DNA from: Candidatus Hydrogenedentota bacterium
Lineage (GTDB): Bacteria; Hydrogenedentota; Hydrogenedentia; Hydrogenedentales; SLHB01
Direction of reading: 5' to 3'
Length of the DNA: 27,802 nucleotides
NCBI GenBank assembly: GCA_007136375.1
Contig: SLHB01000122.1
Coordinates: 1-27,802 of the forward strand
This document shows, piece after piece, positions 24,858 through 27,802 of this stretch. Position 1 is the first letter of the stretch, and each line of letters begins with the position of its first letter. Position numbers and translations under genes: made by a program. Below the pieces are notes generated by a model that made no database searches, was not told where the DNA came from, and was given only the letters and a program-made list of their open reading frames with translations.

Positions 24858-25985
24858 GTGCTTCTCTACCGCTATATACTCCGCCAGGTCGCTGTTCCGT
24901 CCGTATTGGCCTTGGCGGTCATCAGTTTTGTCACGGTCGCCAATGAGATCCGCGAGCGCGTGGATCCCGCTGGGGCCGCCGTGGTGCAGACGGCCATGCA
25001 GCAGATCAGCGCGCTGGATTTCCTTCATGTGGGCGTCTTGTTCTTGCCCGCCGTCATTATCTATGTCATTCCGATCACCTACATGATGGGCATCCTCATG
25101 GCCTTTGGGCGGCTTGCGGAGGACAACGAGATCACGGCCATGCGCGCGGCCGGCGCGCCGTTGAAGCGCATCATCCTGCCGGTGCTCGCGGGGGGCGCCC
25201 TGTTGACAGTGGGCAGCTTCCTCTTGCAGGACCGGGTGCAGCCGCCCGCCGTGATGCGGGCCCATCACCTTATGTTCGTCGAAATCCCCCTGCGCATCAC
25301 CCTGGACAAACTGCCCGCGGGCACGATGCACCAGGTCGACGGATGGCGGTTCTACATCGGCGATAAGGACCCGGAGACGCAGACGCTCTACGACATCAAC
25401 ATTCTCGTGCCGGAGCGGGACGGCGGCGCCTGGGTGTACCACGCCGGCGAGGCCCAAGTCTTTCAGGAGGGTTGGGAAGCCTCGCTGGAGCTGCGAAACG
25501 GGCATATCATCTTCCCGGAGGAAGGCGGACGGCTGGCCCGGAGCACATTTGACCGCTGGGTTTTGACCACGCCGGACTTCATCCCCGACCGGCCCGCCCG
25601 GGATCGGCGGGCCATGTCCCTGGCGCAACTGTTGGAGCGAGAACGCGAGCTTTCCGCCGCACTGGCGGAGGAAGGGGACGACCAGGCGAACGCGGACGAG
25701 CTGCGCCGCATCCGCAATGAAATTGGCGAACGGGCCGCGTTGCCCTTCGCCTGTCTTGTCGTGAGCGTCATGGCGGCCCCGTTGGCGGCGCGGCGGCGCG
25801 CGGCGGGCAAGAGTTACAGTTTCGCCATTGGCGCGGGCGTGTTCCTAGCCTACTACCTCCTCACACTGGCCTTCGACCGGGGCGGCCTCCTCAGCCTGGA
25901 GGAGACCGTGCTGCGGGCCTTCGCGCCCAACTTCGTGCTGCTGGCCGTGGGGGCCTGGCTCGTCTGGCGGGTGGACCGGGTATGA
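24858..25985 (+). CDS. lptF: LPS export ABC transporter permease LptF
   Basis: LLYRYILRQ, IPITYMMGIL.AFGRLAEDNEITAMRAAG, periplasmic beta region, three C-terminal TM helices; paired with an lptG-like gene. Confidence 0.85.
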   Translation: MLLYRYILRQVAVPSVLALAVISFVTVANEIRERVDPAGAAVVQTAMQQISALDFLHVGVLFLPAVIIYVIPITYMMGILMAFGRLAEDNEITAMRAAGAPLKRIILPVLAGGALLTVGSFLLQDRVQPPAVMRAHHLMFVEIPLRITLDKLPAGTMHQVDGWRFYIGDKDPETQTLYDINILVPERDGGAWVYHAGEAQVFQEGWEASLELRNGHIIFPEEGGRLARSTFDRWVLTTPDFIPDRPARDRRAMSLAQLLERERELSAALAEEGDDQANADELRRIRNEIGERAALPFACLVVSVMAAPLAARRRAAGKSYSFAIGAGVFLAYYLLTLAFDRGGLLSLEETVLRAFAPNFVLLAVGAWLVWRVDRV

Positions 25986-27064
25986 CGACCCTCGACCGCT
26001 ATCTCTTCCGGCGCATCGTCTCGGCGCTCCTCAAGACGCTCGCCAGCTTCGTGGGACTGTTCATCGTTGTCGATCTGCTCACGAACGTCCGCCGCGCTAT
26101 CCGCGACCATGATGTTCCCTGGCATGTCGTGGCGGAGTACTACGTATACGTGGCGCCGGGCGTGGCGTTCCAGGCGGCGCCGCTGGCCATGCTCGTCGCG
26201 GGCCTCCTGGTTCTGGGGCGCGCCGCCGAGCACAACGAGGTCACCGCGGCGCTCGCCGGGGGCGTCAGCCTGCGCCGCCTCATGTTGACGCCCGTGCTGT
26301 TGGCCCTGGGCTTCGCCGGGCTCTGCTTCGGCCTAGAGCAAACCATCGGCGCGCCCGCCATCGCCCAGGCGGACCGGATGGAGCGGGTCTACTTCGGCCG
26401 GCTGCCCGCCAACCCCCGGCCGGGCGTGAGCTGGGCCAACCTTGACGGCGGCTGGATCCTTCATGTCGCCACCTACAACCGCATCTCCGACGCGGGGGAG
26501 GACGCGGTCCTTCACGCGCTGCGGGACGACGCCGTCGAGCAAATCATGGCCGATCGGCTCTATTGGGACGAAGCGCGGGAGCAATGGATCATGGAGGACG
26601 GCCGTTGGGTCGTCTTTGACGCCGATGTCAACGTTATTCTCGCGGATCGGCGGATCACGCAGGAGCCGGCGCCCATTCGGGAGCGTCCCCGGGAGCTGTT
26701 CATTCAGGCGCGTCCGGCGGAGACGCAACGGGCGGGCGAGCTTTGGGACAACATCCGTTGGGCGGGCGAGCGCGGAATCCCCACGACGTCGATGGAAGTG
26801 GCGTTCCATGCGAAGTTTTCGCAGCCGGCGCTGAGCTTCGTGATGATGTGGCTGGCCATACCCTTCGCCATCCGGCTGCAGCGGGGCGGCCTGGCCATCA
26901 GCTTCGGCACGAGCATCGCCACAGCTATCGTGTATATACTCATGTACACCCTCTGCATGGGTTTTGGCCATGTGGGCCAGTTGCCTCCCGTGGTGGCGGC
27001 CTGGCTGGCGAACGCCGTCTTCTTCGCCGTGGGCCTCATCCTCTTTTTGCGCACGCCCACGTGA
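25982..27064 (+). CDS. lptG: LPS export ABC transporter permease LptG
   Basis: TLDRYLFR, NEVTAALAGGVSLRRL, FHAKFSQP..SFVMMWLAIPF, G..G.LPPVVAAWLAN..F; ATGA overlap with lptF. Confidence 0.85.
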   Translation: MTTLDRYLFRRIVSALLKTLASFVGLFIVVDLLTNVRRAIRDHDVPWHVVAEYYVYVAPGVAFQAAPLAMLVAGLLVLGRAAEHNEVTAALAGGVSLRRLMLTPVLLALGFAGLCFGLEQTIGAPAIAQADRMERVYFGRLPANPRPGVSWANLDGGWILHVATYNRISDAGEDAVLHALRDDAVEQIMADRLYWDEAREQWIMEDGRWVVFDADVNVILADRRITQEPAPIRERPRELFIQARPAETQRAGELWDNIRWAGERGIPTTSMEVAFHAKFSQPALSFVMMWLAIPFAIRLQRGGLAISFGTSIATAIVYILMYTLCMGFGHVGQLPPVVAAWLANAVFFAVGLILFLRTPT

Positions 27065-27179
27065 CCTCCGCCAGGTCCACGAATAAGGCGCGCCTTTCCG
27101 GCGTCCTATAACGTACAAGGCAAGGCCCGTCTGGGTCCCGCGGTTTCTGGAAACTTGCAAAGAAAAATGGAGAACACCA

Positions 27180-27802
27180 ATGCGATTTTTGATGCGCCCA
27201 TCCATTATCGTGTTGATTGCATTAACAGTTGTGACTGGGATGTTGTGGCGGTTCGCCGAGGCCGGTCCCTTCACGGAGGAACGCCCGGCGTCTCTGGCGG
27301 GCAACGCGCTGATGGACGGCGAGCCTGCCGCGCAAGCCGCCCAGTTTGGCCAGGGCGCCGCGGCGAACCCCCAGCCCATCGACGAAGACCGGCGCAACGC
27401 TATTGTCCGCGCCATTGAGCACGCCGGACCGGCGGTGGTCACCATCAACGTCATCTCGATTGAGCGCCAGCGCGTGTTCGATCCCTTCTATTTCGATTTC
27501 TTTGATCCCTTCGGACTGCCCCGGCGCGGGTACCGCACGCGGGAGCGGCGCGTCGAGGGCATCGGCACGGGATTCTTCTTCGACAATCAAGGCCATATTC
27601 TCACCAACTTCCACGTCATCCAGAACGCCCATGACCTCACCGTGTCCCTCCCTGATGGCCGCACGTTGGACGTGGAACTGGTGGGCGCCGACGAGACGAC
27701 GGACCTGGCCGTGCTGCGCGCCCAAGGCGGCAGTTTTCCCAGCTTGCCCTTGGGCGATTCCGAGAACCTATACATTGGCGAATGGGTGATCGCCATCGGG
27801 AA
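27180..27802 (+). CDS. htrA: HtrA/DegP-family trypsin-like serine protease; 3'-truncated by the window edge and absent from the ORF track
   Basis: ATG 27180 after GGAG; MRFLMRPSIIVLIALTVVTG signal/anchor; PAVVTINV; GIGTGFFFDNQGHILTNFHV (catalytic His); GADETTDLAVL (catalytic Asp); LPLGDSENLYIGEWVIAIG. No stop codon before the window end. Confidence 0.95.
   Translation, partial: MRFLMRPSIIVLIALTVVTGMLWRFAEAGPFTEERPASLAGNALMDGEPAAQAAQFGQGAAANPQPIDEDRRNAIVRAIEHAGPAVVTINVISIERQRVFDPFYFDFFDPFGLPRRGYRTRERRVEGIGTGFFFDNQGHILTNFHVIQNAHDLTVSLPDGRTLDVELVGADETTDLAVLRAQGGSFPSLPLGDSENLYIGEWVIAIG

Noticed and set aside
1-27802. CRISPR array, tRNA/rRNA, IS/integrase, prophage genes
   Set aside because: I saw no regularly spaced direct repeats, cloverleaf or rRNA signatures, or transposase/integrase/phage motifs. 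Intergenic regions are short.

Overview
GC-rich window from a diderm bacterium (lptF/lptG present). Most of it is housekeeping and metabolic genes: the 3' end of a tricorn-type S41 protease, a PrcB-like lipoprotein, a membrane protein with a GspG-like tail, a YuiH/MsrP-like Mo-cofactor oxidoreductase, tilS-hpt, an M42 aminopeptidase, a signalling cluster (4-PAS histidine kinase, REC-PAS hybrid kinase, OmpR regulator, Gfo/Idh/MocA oxidoreductase), two secreted hydrolases (ceramidase-like+LamG; GH-A-like), an NAD salvage operon (Nudix/NrtR-like, pncA, pncB, nadE), lptF-lptG, and the 5' part of an HtrA/DegP protease that the ORF track misses. The most unusual element is a minus-strand two-gene operon at 3149-5198. 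By manual motif comparison it encodes (i) a wHTH-nucleotidyltransferase(MNT)-type protein lacking its catalytic motif and (ii) a 480-aa protein collinear with Type IIG (Eco57I-like) restriction-modification enzymes, but with the nuclease motif and SAM-binding motif degenerate and the NPPY/TRD half absent. Both frames are intact, which suggests a repurposed pair of pseudo-enzymes. I saw no CRISPR array, tRNA, rRNA or IS element. All calls come from manual motif recognition; no database searches were run.
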